This document shows positions 1-11,493 of a DNA stretch of 64,000 nucleotides, one piece after another. The DNA is from Candidatus Binatia bacterium (GTDB taxonomy: Bacteria; Desulfobacterota; Binatia; UBA1149; CAITLU01): contig DASXOZ010000041.1 of assembly GCA_036493895.1 (NCBI GenBank), positions 22,054 to 86,053 on the forward strand, written 5' to 3'. Under the pieces are notes generated by a model that saw only the letters and a program-made list of their open reading frames with translations, searched no databases and was not told the DNA's origin. The position numbers and the translations under genes were made by a program. Position 1 is the first letter of the stretch. Every line of letters starts with the position of its first letter.

Positions 1-437
1 CGCGCGAGCGCTTCAAGGTGAAAGGCGTTTCGGCCGATGCGATGTCGCTGCTGGTCGAGCAGCACTGGAAAGGCAACGTGCGCGAGCTCGAAAACGTGCT
101 GCTGCGCGCAGCCGCGCTCGCACCCGACCGTGTGCTTGGCCCCTCGGATCTTCCGCTGCGCGCCGGACAGTCGGCCCCGGTGATCGAGCTGGCGGTACCG
201 CTGAACGTCATTCTTTCGGCGAAAATCCGCGAGATGCTGCAGTCGTTCGGCTCGGCCGAGCCGCGCGACCTGCACGCGAGGGTCCTGGCGATGGTCGAAA
301 AGCCGCTGTTCGAAGCCGTGCTCGAGAGCACCGGCGGAAACCAGCTGAAGGCTGCCGACATCCTCGGCATCAACCGCAATACGCTCCGAAAAAAGATCAC
401 GGACTACGCGATCTCGCTGCCGCGCGGCAGGGCCTGA
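1..437 (+). CDS. sigma-54-dependent transcriptional activator (NtrC family), C-terminal fragment; 5' end lies outside the window
   Basis: ORF 18..437 carries the end of the AAA+ sigma-54 interaction domain (WKGNVRELENV) followed by a Fis-type HTH (GNQLKAADILGINRNTLRKKI); the frame is open to the window edge. Confidence 0.8.
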   Translation, partial: RERFKVKGVSADAMSLLVEQHWKGNVRELENVLLRAAALAPDRVLGPSDLPLRAGQSAPVIELAVPLNVILSAKIREMLQSFGSAEPRDLHARVLAMVEKPLFEAVLESTGGNQLKAADILGINRNTLRKKITDYAISLPRGRA

Positions 438-447
438 CGGCAGCGCG

Positions 448-1092
448 GTGCGCCTTCCCGCGCTCTACCCCATCGTCGACGTCCGCGGGGACGGCGCCGA
501 TAGCTGCGACGCCGCGCTCGCGCTCGCCGAAGAGATTGCGAGCGCGGGCGTCAGCCTGCTTCAGTTGCGAACGAAGCACCTCGGCGCGGGCGCGATGACC
601 GCTCTTGCCGAGCGGATCGTGGAACGCACCGGCGCCCGTGTCATCGTCAACGACAGGGCCGACGTGGCGGCAGCCAGCGGCGCGGCCGGCGTCCACCTTG
701 GCGACGAGGACCTGCCTGTAGCGGCCGCGCGAAGCGTGCTGGAAGCGGGCGGTCGAAGCGGCATCGTCGGCTACTCGACGCACAGCGTGGCGGAGGTGAT
801 CGCGGCCGGCTCGCTCGCAGCCGACTACCTCGGCTTTGGTCCCGTGTTCGAAAGCCCGACCAAGGCCGGTGTGCGCGACGCGCGAGGAATCGAGCTGCTG
901 GCGCAGGCGTGCCGCGCCGTGAGACTGCCGGTAGTCGCCATCGGCGGCGTCACGCTCGAGAACGCGCCCGCTTGCTGGAACGCCGGCGCGGCCAGCGTCG
1001 CCGTGATCAGCGAGATCGAGCGTTCGACGGATCGCGCGGCGCTCGTCGCAGCGTATCGTGCCGCCGCGCGAAGCGCCGGGTTGTCCGTCTAA
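448..1092 (+). CDS. thiE: thiamine-phosphate synthase
   Basis: 214 aa with ThiE TIM-barrel motifs (PIVD, HLGDEDL, YLGFGPVFESPTK, VVAIGGV); GTG start. Confidence 0.85.
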   Translation: MRLPALYPIVDVRGDGADSCDAALALAEEIASAGVSLLQLRTKHLGAGAMTALAERIVERTGARVIVNDRADVAAASGAAGVHLGDEDLPVAAARSVLEAGGRSGIVGYSTHSVAEVIAAGSLAADYLGFGPVFESPTKAGVRDARGIELLAQACRAVRLPVVAIGGVTLENAPACWNAGAASVAVISEIERSTDRAALVAAYRAAARSAGLSV

Positions 1093-1100
1093 AGCCCCGC

Positions 1101-3968
1101 TCAGTTGGCGTCGTAGCCGCCGCCACCTGCGTAGGCCGCTCCGGCGTCCTCGCGCGAGCTGAAGTTGCGGAAGCGCGCGAACGCTTTCTCGAACATCAGC
1201 CTCACCGTGCCGGTGGGGCCGTTTCTCTGCTTGGCGATGATGATCTCGGCAACGCCGGGCTCGGCCGTGTCGGGGTTGTACTGCTCGTCGCGGTACAGGA
1301 ACACGATCACGTCGGCATCCTGCTCGAGCGCGCCCGACTCGCGAAGGTCGGCCATTCCGGGCCTCTTGTCCGCGCGCATCTCGACCTGGCGGTTGAGCTG
1401 CGACAGCGCGACGATCGGTACGCTCAGCTCCTTGGCCAGGGCCTTGAGCGAACGCGAGATCGTCGAGATCTCCTGCTCGCGGTTGTCTTCTCCGCCGCCG
1501 CGCATGAGCTGCAGGTAGTCGATGATGATCAGGCCGAGCCCGGCCTGCGGATCGTGCTTGAGGCGGCGGCATTTCGAGCGGATCTCGAGCACCGTCTGGG
1601 CCGCAGTGTCGTCGATGTAGATCGGCGCGCCGCCGAGCTTGCCGGCGGTCAGCGCAATGTTCTTGATGTCGCGGTCGTGCAGGCGGCCCGAACGAACCCG
1701 CGAGTTGTCGATCTCGGCCTGGGAACAGAGCATGCGCATCACGAGCTGGTCGCTCGACATTTCCATCGAGAAGACTGCAACGCCGATGCCGCACTCGCCG
1801 GCGGCATATTCGGCGATATTGAGGCAGAAGGCCGTGTTGTGGACGCAGACGTCGTTGGCGACGAAATTGTGAGTTCCGTCGACGGTAAGGTCGTACACCT
1901 GGGCGCTTCCCACGGGCTCGATGTGTACGATCGGATCCCAGTAGACGTCGCTGGTCGCGATGTCTTGCAGATTGGAGTCATCGACGGCGCTCGCGATCGC
2001 CTGCAGCCGCTTTCGCGACACGGATCGACCGACGTGCAGGTTCGAAACGTCAGTGAGGCCCATGGCTGCGCCTATCTCGGACCAGCTGGCGCCACCCCTG
2101 GCGCCCTCCACGAGGCGCCATACGCCGCGCGGCACGACATCGCGGAACGCCTTGTCTCGCCGGAGCGCGCAGGCATGGCGGACCCGGTCGAGCGCGCCCT
2201 CCTTGCCGAACATTCCGATCTGATCGACGAAGGTCAGGATGGAGGCGCGATCGGTGATGTCGATCTGCCAGGCGACCCGGCTTCCACCCTGGTAACGAAC
2301 CCGCCTCTGGCGAAGCCGGCCGATGACACCGAAGCGCAGCAGCAGATGCTGCACCTGGCGCGCCATGCGCTCGCTGACGGTACAGTACCCGAGCTGGGAC
2401 TGGCCGGTCGCCAGGACGCTGGCCCACCCGTCCGTTGCGAAGAGACGATTCAGGAACGACGCGAGCTCGTCGGGGCGAAGCTGGAACACGATGTCCGGCA
2501 CGAACTTCTCGTGCGCCGATGCACCGCGCAAGCCCAGCTCGTCGAGCCAGCGCACCAGGTCGTTGCCGCTCGTCACGGTCGCGCACTCGGCGTCAGGAGC
2601 GAGGTCTTCGTAGCGAACGGCCAGCGCTCCGCACAGCTGCGACACCCGCATCGGTGAGGGAGCGGTCACGCCGCGACACCAGTTCGAAATGGAGGCCGGA
2701 GAGACGCCGATCTCCATCGCAACGGATCTCGCGGAGCGGCTCCCCGCCATCAGGGATCGGCGGATCGAAATTCCCAGGCGCTCGCGCCTTTGCTTCATGG
2801 TCTCGCGATCCGCGGCGATGCGGACGGTTCTCGCCCGCGTCCGTGAGCCTTCCTCGCAAGTGCGAAGCCCGCCAAAATCCTCGACGCATTCGGCAAAATC
2901 GTCCTGCAGGCGCGAGTTGGTGTTTGTGAAGCGAATCGAGGTCCCGCCGAGCGTTCCGTCGCCGAGCAGGTAGCCGAGAATCTTTGCCCTCGCATCTCCG
3001 ATGGACTGGCGACCCGCCACGGGGATGCGCCTCGGAACCGCGATGGAATCGCCCGCGCGAATCTCTCCGAGAGGTTTCCAGCCGTCGATGGTGAGGAACG
3101 GATGGCTGAGCGTCGTCCGCACCCGTCTGCCAAGGCGCGTCGTCACCTCGAACAGCGGCTTCACCCCGTCATCGACGAACGCAGACGGCGGCGCTGGCTC
3201 GAGCCGCCAATGGTCGTTCAACGTCCACAGCGTGCCGGAGCGCTCGCGTACGATGTCTTCGAGCCTGCGAACCCTGCCGTCCTCCAGGACGATCTCCGAA
3301 TCGGCCGCCAGGCACTTTCCCATGCTTGGCCGCCCCGCGACGATGATGAGGTCCGACGGCTGCAGCCCCGCGGTCTTGTGGTCGAGATCGTAGTAGCCGG
3401 TAGGCACGCCGGTGATCTCGGACTTGCGCTCGTAGAGCTGCTCGATCCTCTCGACGGTGCCGCTGATCAGGCTGTCGATACGGCGCAGCGCCGTGCCGGC
3501 GTGATCGGAAGAGAGCTCGAAGATCGCCGATTCCGCCTTGTCGAGAAAATCACGCGTGGAGCCGCGAGACTCGTAGGCGCCGCTGAGTATCTCCGTCGAC
3601 GTCCGGATGAGGCGGCGCAGCGTCGCCTTGTCGTGCACGAGCCGCGCGTAGTGCGAGACGTTCGCCGCCGTGACGACCCTGTCGGCGAGCTCGACGAGGA
3701 AGGCCGTGCCTCCGATCCGCTGAAGCTCGCCGGTCTGCTTGAGGGCATCGGTGACCGTGATGACGTCGGCCGGACGGGCCTGCCCCTGCAGCGCGCTGAT
3801 CGCCGCGAAGATGCGCGAGTGCCGCTCGACATAGAAGTCGGACGCGACGACGAGGTCGGCGACTCGGTCGAACGCGTCGGAGTCGGTCAGCAGCGCGCCG
3901 AGCACGGACTCTTCGGCTTCCTGGCTGTGGGGCGGAACGCGGGTGAAGGCGGTTTTCTGCTCGTCCAT
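1101..3968 (-). CDS. dnaB: replicative DNA helicase DnaB, interrupted by an in-frame intein in the P-loop
   Basis: N-terminal PPHSQEAEESVLGALL DnaB motif, with ATG at 3968 verified in sequence. Walker A GRPSMGK is split from TAFCLNIAEY by 493 aa. C-terminal RecA-like domain motifs IIIDYLQLM and IIAKQRNGPTG are present. Confidence 0.9.
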   Translation of the reverse strand: MDEQKTAFTRVPPHSQEAEESVLGALLTDSDAFDRVADLVVASDFYVERHSRIFAAISALQGQARPADVITVTDALKQTGELQRIGGTAFLVELADRVVTAANVSHYARLVHDKATLRRLIRTSTEILSGAYESRGSTRDFLDKAESAIFELSSDHAGTALRRIDSLISGTVERIEQLYERKSEITGVPTGYYDLDHKTAGLQPSDLIIVAGRPSMGKCLAADSEIVLEDGRVRRLEDIVRERSGTLWTLNDHWRLEPAPPSAFVDDGVKPLFEVTTRLGRRVRTTLSHPFLTIDGWKPLGEIRAGDSIAVPRRIPVAGRQSIGDARAKILGYLLGDGTLGGTSIRFTNTNSRLQDDFAECVEDFGGLRTCEEGSRTRARTVRIAADRETMKQRRERLGISIRRSLMAGSRSARSVAMEIGVSPASISNWCRGVTAPSPMRVSQLCGALAVRYEDLAPDAECATVTSGNDLVRWLDELGLRGASAHEKFVPDIVFQLRPDELASFLNRLFATDGWASVLATGQSQLGYCTVSERMARQVQHLLLRFGVIGRLRQRRVRYQGGSRVAWQIDITDRASILTFVDQIGMFGKEGALDRVRHACALRRDKAFRDVVPRGVWRLVEGARGGASWSEIGAAMGLTDVSNLHVGRSVSRKRLQAIASAVDDSNLQDIATSDVYWDPIVHIEPVGSAQVYDLTVDGTHNFVANDVCVHNTAFCLNIAEYAAGECGIGVAVFSMEMSSDQLVMRMLCSQAEIDNSRVRSGRLHDRDIKNIALTAGKLGGAPIYIDDTAAQTVLEIRSKCRRLKHDPQAGLGLIIIDYLQLMRGGGEDNREQEISTISRSLKALAKELSVPIVALSQLNRQVEMRADKRPGMADLRESGALEQDADVIVFLYRDEQYNPDTAEPGVAEIIIAKQRNGPTGTVRLMFEKAFARFRNFSSREDAGAAYAGGGGYDAN
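1836..3314 (-). mobile_element. DnaB intein (~493 aa) with LAGLIDADG homing-endonuclease domain
   Basis: Begins with Cys right after GRPSMGK (CLAADSEIVL, block A). Has TxxH block B (TTLSHPF), two LAGLIDADG-type motifs (ILGYLLGDGTL and LFATDGWAS) and ends with VHN immediately before the extein Thr. Confidence 0.8.
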
Positions 3969-4196
3969 GGCGGCGTCAGGATGCGGCAAACCGCGCCCCA
4001 AGAACATTCCATTGCTCGCATCAAGCCCGCGATCTCTGCACATCGCTGTGGACAACCGCGGCCAAATACCCGTCGCCGAACGCCGTCCGCCGGGGAGGCC
4101 ATGTGCGTTGTCGAGAAAGATTCGTTCCCGGCTCCGCCGTCGCCGCGAAAGGCCGAAGACCACCGGCCGCGAATCAGGTCGCCAGCAGCCGCGCGG

Positions 4197-4949
4197 TCAG
4201 GGCGTCGCGTGCACGAGCGAGGACAGCCGCGCGAGCGCGGCGGGAATGCGCGGCCCGTACCAGGCCAGGTCCTTGCCGTCGACCAACAGGAACCGCGAGC
4301 GAATACCGGCGCTGCGAAGCTCCGCGGCGTGCTTGTCCTCGAACACGTAGGGCTCGTCGGGCAGGATCGTAAGCACGGGAGCCACCTCGAGGATTTCTTC
4401 GATCGTGATCTCGAAAAAATCGCTCCCTTCCCGATCGCCGAACACGTTCTCGCAGCCGCACTGCGCAAGCACGTCGCCGATATAGGTCTGGCGACGAAAC
4501 GACATGTAGGGACGGCGCCAAATCGGACAGAACGTGCGCACGCCCGCGCCGGCCGTCGCGTTGAGCTCGCGTGCGGCGTGCAGTGCGCGGCGGCATCGCA
4601 CGGCAAGCGCAGCGCCTGCCGCCTCGGCGCCGCACGCGCGGCCGAGCGACTCCAGCATCGCTGCCGCCTCCTCGATCGTCGTCGGGTGCGTCACGTGCAG
4701 CACGAGGCCGGCCGCTTCGATCTCGCGGCAGTCCTCGAGCCTGTTCTCTTCCTTGTTGACGACGACGAGATCGGGACGAAGCTCGATGATGCGGGAGACG
4801 TCGGGGTTCTTGGTTCCACCAACGGTCTCGATGCCGGCGACGACTTCAGGCGGCTCCGTGCACCAGCGGGTGCGGCCGACGACGCTGCCGGCAAGACCGA
4901 AGTCGATCAGCGCCTCGGTGAGACTCGGGACGAGAGAGACGATGCGCAT
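4197..4949 (-). CDS. BtuF/TroA-like (periplasmic-binding-protein fold) cobalamin/metal-binding protein with no signal peptide
   Basis: 250 aa starting MRIVSLVPSLTEALIDFGL..VVGRT..VGGTKNPDVSRIIELRPDLVV, typical of BtuF/FecB-like class III binding proteins; no N-terminal hydrophobic leader. Confidence 0.55.
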   Translation of the reverse strand: MRIVSLVPSLTEALIDFGLAGSVVGRTRWCTEPPEVVAGIETVGGTKNPDVSRIIELRPDLVVVNKEENRLEDCREIEAAGLVLHVTHPTTIEEAAAMLESLGRACGAEAAGAALAVRCRRALHAARELNATAGAGVRTFCPIWRRPYMSFRRQTYIGDVLAQCGCENVFGDREGSDFFEITIEEILEVAPVLTILPDEPYVFEDKHAAELRSAGIRSRFLLVDGKDLAWYGPRIPAALARLSSLVHATP

Positions 4950-5007
4950 AAAAAAGGCGGCGCCGTCCTTCTTGAAGGCCGGACGGCGCCGCCTGCGAAA
5001 CAGGCCG

Positions 5008-6192
5008 TCAGACCCTCTCGATGACCATCGAGATGCCCTGCCCTCCGCCGATGCACAGCGAAGCGAGGCCGAGGCTGACGCCCCGATTCTTCATCGCGTG
5101 AAGCAGAGTGATCAGGACGCGCGCGCCGCTGGCACCGATCGGATGGCCGATGGCAACCGCGCCGCCATTGACGTTCACCCTGGCGGCATCGATCTTGAGC
5201 TCGGCCAGTACGCCGAGCGACTGCGCGGCGAATGCCTCGTTCAGCTCCCACAGGCCGATGTCTTCCTTGCGGATGCCGAGTTTCTTCAGCACTTTTTCGG
5301 AAGCCGGCCACGGGCCCATGCCCATGATCGCCGGATCGACGCCGGCAGCCGCTGCTCCGCGAATGATCGCGAGCGGAGTGAGCTTCTCGGCTTTCGCGCG
5401 AGCCTCGCTCATCACGACGACAGCTCCGGCGCCGTCATTGATGCCCGAAGCATTGCCGGCAGTCACGGTGCCGTCCTTCTTGAACGCCGGACGCAGCTTG
5501 GCCAGGGTCTCGGCCGTCGTGCCGGCGCGCACGTACTCGTCCTTGGTGACCTTGATCGGATCGCCTTTCTTCTGCGCGATCTCGACGGCGAAGATCTCTT
5601 CGTCGAACGCGCCGCTGGCCTGGGCGGCGGCCGCCTTGGCCTGGCTCGCCGCCGCGAACTCGTCCTGGGCCTCGCGCGAAATGCCGTACTTGGCCGCGAC
5701 GTTCTCGGCGGTGATGCCCATGTGCGTGAACGTGAGCGGGCACGAAAGACCGTCGGCGATCATCGAGTCGATGATCTGGTCGTGGCCCATGCGGTATCCG
5801 GTGCGCGCCTTGGCCAGGAGGTACGGGGCCAGCGTCATGTTCTCCATGCCGCCGGCGACGATGCACTCGGCATCGCCCGCGACGATGGCCTGCGCTGCCA
5901 GCGCGATCGCTTTCAGGCCCGAGCCGCACGCCTTGTTGACGCCGTAGCTCGGCACTTCCTTGGGAACACCGCTCTTGATGGCCGCCACGCGCGCGGGATT
6001 GAGGCCGAGGTTGGCCGCCAGCACGTTGCCGAGGATCACCTCGTCGACCGAGGCGGCGTCGATTCCGGCGCGGCGGATCGCTTCGGCGACGGCGAGTCCT
6101 CCGAGCTCCGGTGCCGGCTTGTCGGCGAAGGCGCCCTGGAAGCTCCCGACCGCGGTGCGTGCTGCGCTGACGATGACTGCTTTGCTGCTCAA
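5008..6192 (-). CDS. acetyl-CoA C-acetyltransferase (thiolase II)
   Basis: Thiolase motifs VIVSAARTAVG, NKACGSGLKA, GHPIGASGARV and LCIGGGQG. TTG start at 6192 preceded by GGGAGGA RBS; the listed ORF extension upstream has no homology signal. Confidence 0.85.
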   Translation of the reverse strand: MSSKAVIVSAARTAVGSFQGAFADKPAPELGGLAVAEAIRRAGIDAASVDEVILGNVLAANLGLNPARVAAIKSGVPKEVPSYGVNKACGSGLKAIALAAQAIVAGDAECIVAGGMENMTLAPYLLAKARTGYRMGHDQIIDSMIADGLSCPLTFTHMGITAENVAAKYGISREAQDEFAAASQAKAAAAQASGAFDEEIFAVEIAQKKGDPIKVTKDEYVRAGTTAETLAKLRPAFKKDGTVTAGNASGINDGAGAVVVMSEARAKAEKLTPLAIIRGAAAAGVDPAIMGMGPWPASEKVLKKLGIRKEDIGLWELNEAFAAQSLGVLAELKIDAARVNVNGGAVAIGHPIGASGARVLITLLHAMKNRGVSLGLASLCIGGGQGISMVIERV

Positions 6193-6292
6193 GACCCTGG
6201 TCCTCCCTGTCGTGGGGCCCGTGCCCCGGATTGCGTGCGGGTCGAAACGATGCCGCCGGCTTGCGGGCCTGCCGCCCGCGCGTCCCGCGCCG

Positions 6293-6697
6293 TCAGGCGC
6301 GAGCGTCGATGTTGGTGCGGATCCACTCGACGATGTCGCGAGTGCTCGCACCCGGCGTGAAGATCTCCTTTACGCCCAGCGTCTTCAGCTCCGCGATGTC
6401 TTCTTCCGGCACGATGCCGCCGCCGAAAACCGGAATGTCGCCGACGCCTTTCTGCTTCATTAAGTCCAGAATGCGCGGAAACAAGGTCATGTGGGCGCCC
6501 GAAAGGATCGACAGCCCCACGCAGTCGACGTCTTCCTGCACGGCGGTCTCGGCAATCATCTCCGGCGTCTGGTGAAGTCCGGTGTAGATCACCTCGAAGC
6601 CGGCGTCGCGCAGTGCGCGCGCGATGATCTTCGCCCCACGGTCGTGACCGTCGAGGCCGGGCTTGGCCACCAGGATTCTCAGTACTTTTTCCGACAC
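6293..6697 (-). CDS. B12-binding small subunit of an acyl-CoA mutase (methylmalonyl-/isobutyryl-CoA mutase family)
   Basis: 134 aa with DxHxxG cobalamin-binding motif ([11 protein letters not shown]) and Rossmann-like B12-binding domain. Confidence 0.8.
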   Translation of the reverse strand: MSEKVLRILVAKPGLDGHDRGAKIIARALRDAGFEVIYTGLHQTPEMIAETAVQEDVDCVGLSILSGAHMTLFPRILDLMKQKGVGDIPVFGGGIVPEEDIAELKTLGVKEIFTPGASTRDIVEWIRTNIDARA

Positions 6698-6743
6698 TTG
6701 TCCCGTCCCTGTGATTGTCCGGCGCAGGCCTTGCCCGCGCTGC

Positions 6744-8366
<1,623 letters not shown>

Positions 8367-8581
8367 CAGTAACTCCTTCCGGCACCGCCGCCACCCTCAT
8401 CCGGCGGCGAAACGGCTGCTGCCGCTACGCTGCCACCAGGAACGGGCGCATCCGAAGGACGGCGGAGCATAGCCGGGAGGGTACCCCGGGACAATCGGTC
8501 AAGTGGGCGCCGCACGGAGCGAAATGGCTTGCTGCGGGAGGCCTTGCGGTCGTTTGGCGGGCCCGGCGCCGCCGTGCGGGA

Positions 8582-10474
8582 TTACTGCCAGTACCCGAGG
8601 CCTTTCAGCCTCTGGATTGCATCGGCGCTGAACGGAGCGGCCGCCGAGTTGTGATGCCCCAGCGAGTTTTCCCAGACGTCGACCGACACCTCGAGCTTGT
8701 CGGCGATGTCGCGATGCTCGGCCGAGACGTCGTGCTTCTCGCCTGGATCGGCTTCCAGGTCGTAGAGCGCCGACGTCTTCTTGTCGCGGTCGACGATGAG
8801 CTTCCAGTGGCCCTGGAACGCTGCGCGAAGGTTCGCGTCCCTTCTCGTCTCGCTGATCAGCAGGCGGTCCATCGGCGCCGTGCTGAGCGGCTTGCCGTCG
8901 ATCGGCTCGCTCTCGGGGAACGAAGCGCCTGCGGCCGCGAGGATCGTCGGCGCGATGTCCATCGTGCTGACGCGGGTGAGAACGTTCGTCCCTGCCCCGT
9001 CGCCACCGGGCATCTTGACGATCAGCGGGACGTGCAGGAGTTCCTGCCAGACCGTGCGGGCATGGCCGATGTAGTGGTCGCCGCGGTCGTTGAACGCCTC
9101 GCCGTGGTCGCCGACGAACACGATCAGCGTGTTGTCGTACAGGCCTTTCGCGCGAAGATGATCGAGCAGCTGCCCGATGTACTGGTCGGTGTACGCGATC
9201 TCCGAATCGTAGGCGGCCGTGACCCAGTCGACGTCCGCCTGCGTCAGCGAAGGCATCGAAAGCGTGAACTCGGTGTGGGACTCCTGGTCGCGCATCGGCC
9301 CGTCGTAGACGTAGTCGAACTTGAACTCCGGGTGCATGACGTACGCGAAGTGGGGATCGAAGTAGTGCAGGTAGAGAAAGAACGGCTGATCGCCGTTCTC
9401 GTCGAGCCACGCGATCGCGTGGTCGGTCAGGTCGCCGGAAGTGACGTCCATCTGTCCGGCAGCAAGCGAAAAATCCATCCACTCGAACCCGGCATCGAAG
9501 CCGACGCTGCGCCCGGCAAACGTGTTCGACGTGATGGCGTGGGTGCGGTAGCCGCGGTTCCTCAGCACCTCGGCCACCGTCACTTCCTTCGGCGCGAGGT
9601 AGGCGGGGTGCTGGCCGTAGCCGAGGCGCCGCGGATAGCGCGACGTCAGCATCGACGCCACCGACGGCGTGGTCCACGGCGCCGTGCTGACGGCGTTCTG
9701 GTAGACCACCGACTCCGTTGCCAGGTCGTCGAGGTGAGGACTCGTCTCGCGCGTCTCGTAGCCATACATGCCGAGGTGGTCCGCCCTCAGCGTGTCGCAG
9801 ATGATGAACACGATGTTCGGAGCCTTCTCCGGAGGCTTCGGCGCATCGAAGCCCAGCAGCAGGATCGACGGCAGCAGCACCAGCGTGGGAACCAGGGCCC
9901 AGCGCCGCAGCTCGAGCGTCCTCGAAGCAAGGCGGGCGCCGGCAAGCGGATGGGCGCAGCGCCATCGCCACGTGAGCCACCCGACGATGCCCCACAGCGC
10001 CGTCATTGCCATCAGCGACTGCGGCACCGAGATGGAGATGAGGAACGCGTAGTCGCCGATGTGGTCTCGCACCACGCTGAAAATGGATCCGTCAGTGAGG
10101 AACGGCAGCCAGTCCTTCTCGTTCTGCACCGTCAGGCGGCGAAACGTAGGAAGGACAAGCTGCTGGAGCGGGTACAGGAACAGAACCCACGACAGCACCG
10201 CGGCAACGATGCGGTGACGTGCCGTGAGGGTACGAGGCGAGGTCGCATAGGCGAGCGCGATGCCGCCGAAGGCGAGCACCTCCACGATGTAGATCGAGTC
10301 GATGACGAACGTGAGCGAGTAGCTGGCCGCCATGAACCAGAGGCCCTGGGCCAGCCACTGCTGCTTCTCGACCTCGGCGTAGGCGCGAAAAGCGGCGAGC
10401 ACCGGCGTGATCGTCACCACGGGTACCGAGACCGCGACGCACTCGCGCACCAGCTTGCGAAGCCAAGTCGGCAT
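8582..10474 (-). CDS. membrane-anchored sulfatase-family (alkaline phosphatase superfamily) phosphotransferase/hydrolase, LtaS/OpgB/EptA-like
   Basis: About 5 N-terminal TM helices followed by an extracytoplasmic catalytic domain with CDTLRADHLG metal-site motif. At the sulfatase fGly position the sequence is TTPSV..LTSRY (Thr, no CxPxR), so a phosphotransferase is more likely than a true sulfatase. Confidence 0.6.
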   Translation of the reverse strand: MPTWLRKLVRECVAVSVPVVTITPVLAAFRAYAEVEKQQWLAQGLWFMAASYSLTFVIDSIYIVEVLAFGGIALAYATSPRTLTARHRIVAAVLSWVLFLYPLQQLVLPTFRRLTVQNEKDWLPFLTDGSIFSVVRDHIGDYAFLISISVPQSLMAMTALWGIVGWLTWRWRCAHPLAGARLASRTLELRRWALVPTLVLLPSILLLGFDAPKPPEKAPNIVFIICDTLRADHLGMYGYETRETSPHLDDLATESVVYQNAVSTAPWTTPSVASMLTSRYPRRLGYGQHPAYLAPKEVTVAEVLRNRGYRTHAITSNTFAGRSVGFDAGFEWMDFSLAAGQMDVTSGDLTDHAIAWLDENGDQPFFLYLHYFDPHFAYVMHPEFKFDYVYDGPMRDQESHTEFTLSMPSLTQADVDWVTAAYDSEIAYTDQYIGQLLDHLRAKGLYDNTLIVFVGDHGEAFNDRGDHYIGHARTVWQELLHVPLIVKMPGGDGAGTNVLTRVSTMDIAPTILAAAGASFPESEPIDGKPLSTAPMDRLLISETRRDANLRAAFQGHWKLIVDRDKKTSALYDLEADPGEKHDVSAEHRDIADKLEVSVDVWENSLGHHNSAAAPFSADAIQRLKGLGYWQ

Positions 10475-10498
10475 GGAAACGACTTTCGACCCTCTCCT

Positions 10499-11455
10499 TC
10501 AGTAGCTCGGCTTGTAGTCGAACTTGTGGATGGTCTCGAGGTGACGCACCGTGCGCGACTGCGATCGCATGACGACGGAATGGCTGACCGCTCCGCCCTT
10601 GAAGAACTTGACGCCCTTGAGGAAAGTTCCGTCGGTGACGCCGGTGGCGGCGAAGAGCACGTGCCCGCGCACCATCTCCTCGACTCCGAGCTTGCGCGAG
10701 GGGTCCTTGATTCCGAGCTGGTAGAGCTCGTCGCGCTCGGCATTGCTGCGCGGGACAAAGCGGCACTGCATGAAGCCGCCGAGGCCCTTGAGTGCCGCTG
10801 CGCTGAGCACGCCCTGGGTTGCGCCGCCGGCTCCGAGCAGCATGTCGACTCCGGCACCGTCGCGCGCAGTCGCCATCGCGGCGGCAACGTCGCCGTGAGG
10901 GATCAGCCGCACTCGCGCGCCGGCTTCACGCACCTGCTCGATCAGCACGTCGTGGCGCGGGCGGTCCAGGATGACGACGGTCAGGTCCTCGACGTAGCAG
11001 CTTCGCGCTTCGGCCAGGCGTCGCAGGTTCTCCGACGGCGAGCGGTCCAGGTCGACGACGCCGAAGCCGTCGGGGCCGGTCGCGATCTTGTCCATGTAGG
11101 CGCCATCGGGGCAGCGCAGGATGCAGCCCGGATCGGTCAGCGCCATGATCGACATCGCGTTGGGGCCGCCGAGCGCGCAGGAGACTCCGCCTTCGAGAGG
11201 ATTGACGGCGACGTCGACTTCGACGCCACCGCTGCCGAGCCTCTGGCCGCTCGCCAGCAGATCTCCGCTCGTCTGCGCAGGATCGCCGAGCACGATGGCG
11301 CCCTGGAACGCGCCGATCGACGAGAATGCGTGGTGGATGGCTTGCGCAGCGAGGCGCACGGGACCCGTCTCGTCGCCGCGCCCGTTCTCGCGCGCCGCGG
11401 CCAGCGCCGCCGCCTCGGTGACGCGCACCAGCTCGAGTGCCAGGTTCCTTTCCAT
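10499..11455 (-). CDS. glpX: fructose-1,6-bisphosphatase class II
   Basis: 318 aa GlpX family: MERNLALELVRVTEAAALAAAR, DPxDGT-like region, full length. Confidence 0.85.
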   Translation of the reverse strand: MERNLALELVRVTEAAALAAARENGRGDETGPVRLAAQAIHHAFSSIGAFQGAIVLGDPAQTSGDLLASGQRLGSGGVEVDVAVNPLEGGVSCALGGPNAMSIMALTDPGCILRCPDGAYMDKIATGPDGFGVVDLDRSPSENLRRLAEARSCYVEDLTVVILDRPRHDVLIEQVREAGARVRLIPHGDVAAAMATARDGAGVDMLLGAGGATQGVLSAAALKGLGGFMQCRFVPRSNAERDELYQLGIKDPSRKLGVEEMVRGHVLFAATGVTDGTFLKGVKFFKGGAVSHSVVMRSQSRTVRHLETIHKFDYKPSY

Positions 11456-11493
11456 CTGTGATCGATCCGGCGCCGGCCGTCAGTTGCCGGCGT

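Noticed and set aside
8367-8581. Cobalamin riboswitch upstream of the B12-dependent mutase genes
   Set aside because: No B12-box (GCCACUG) or other conserved cobalamin-riboswitch elements could be found on the minus-strand transcript of this 215-bp region.
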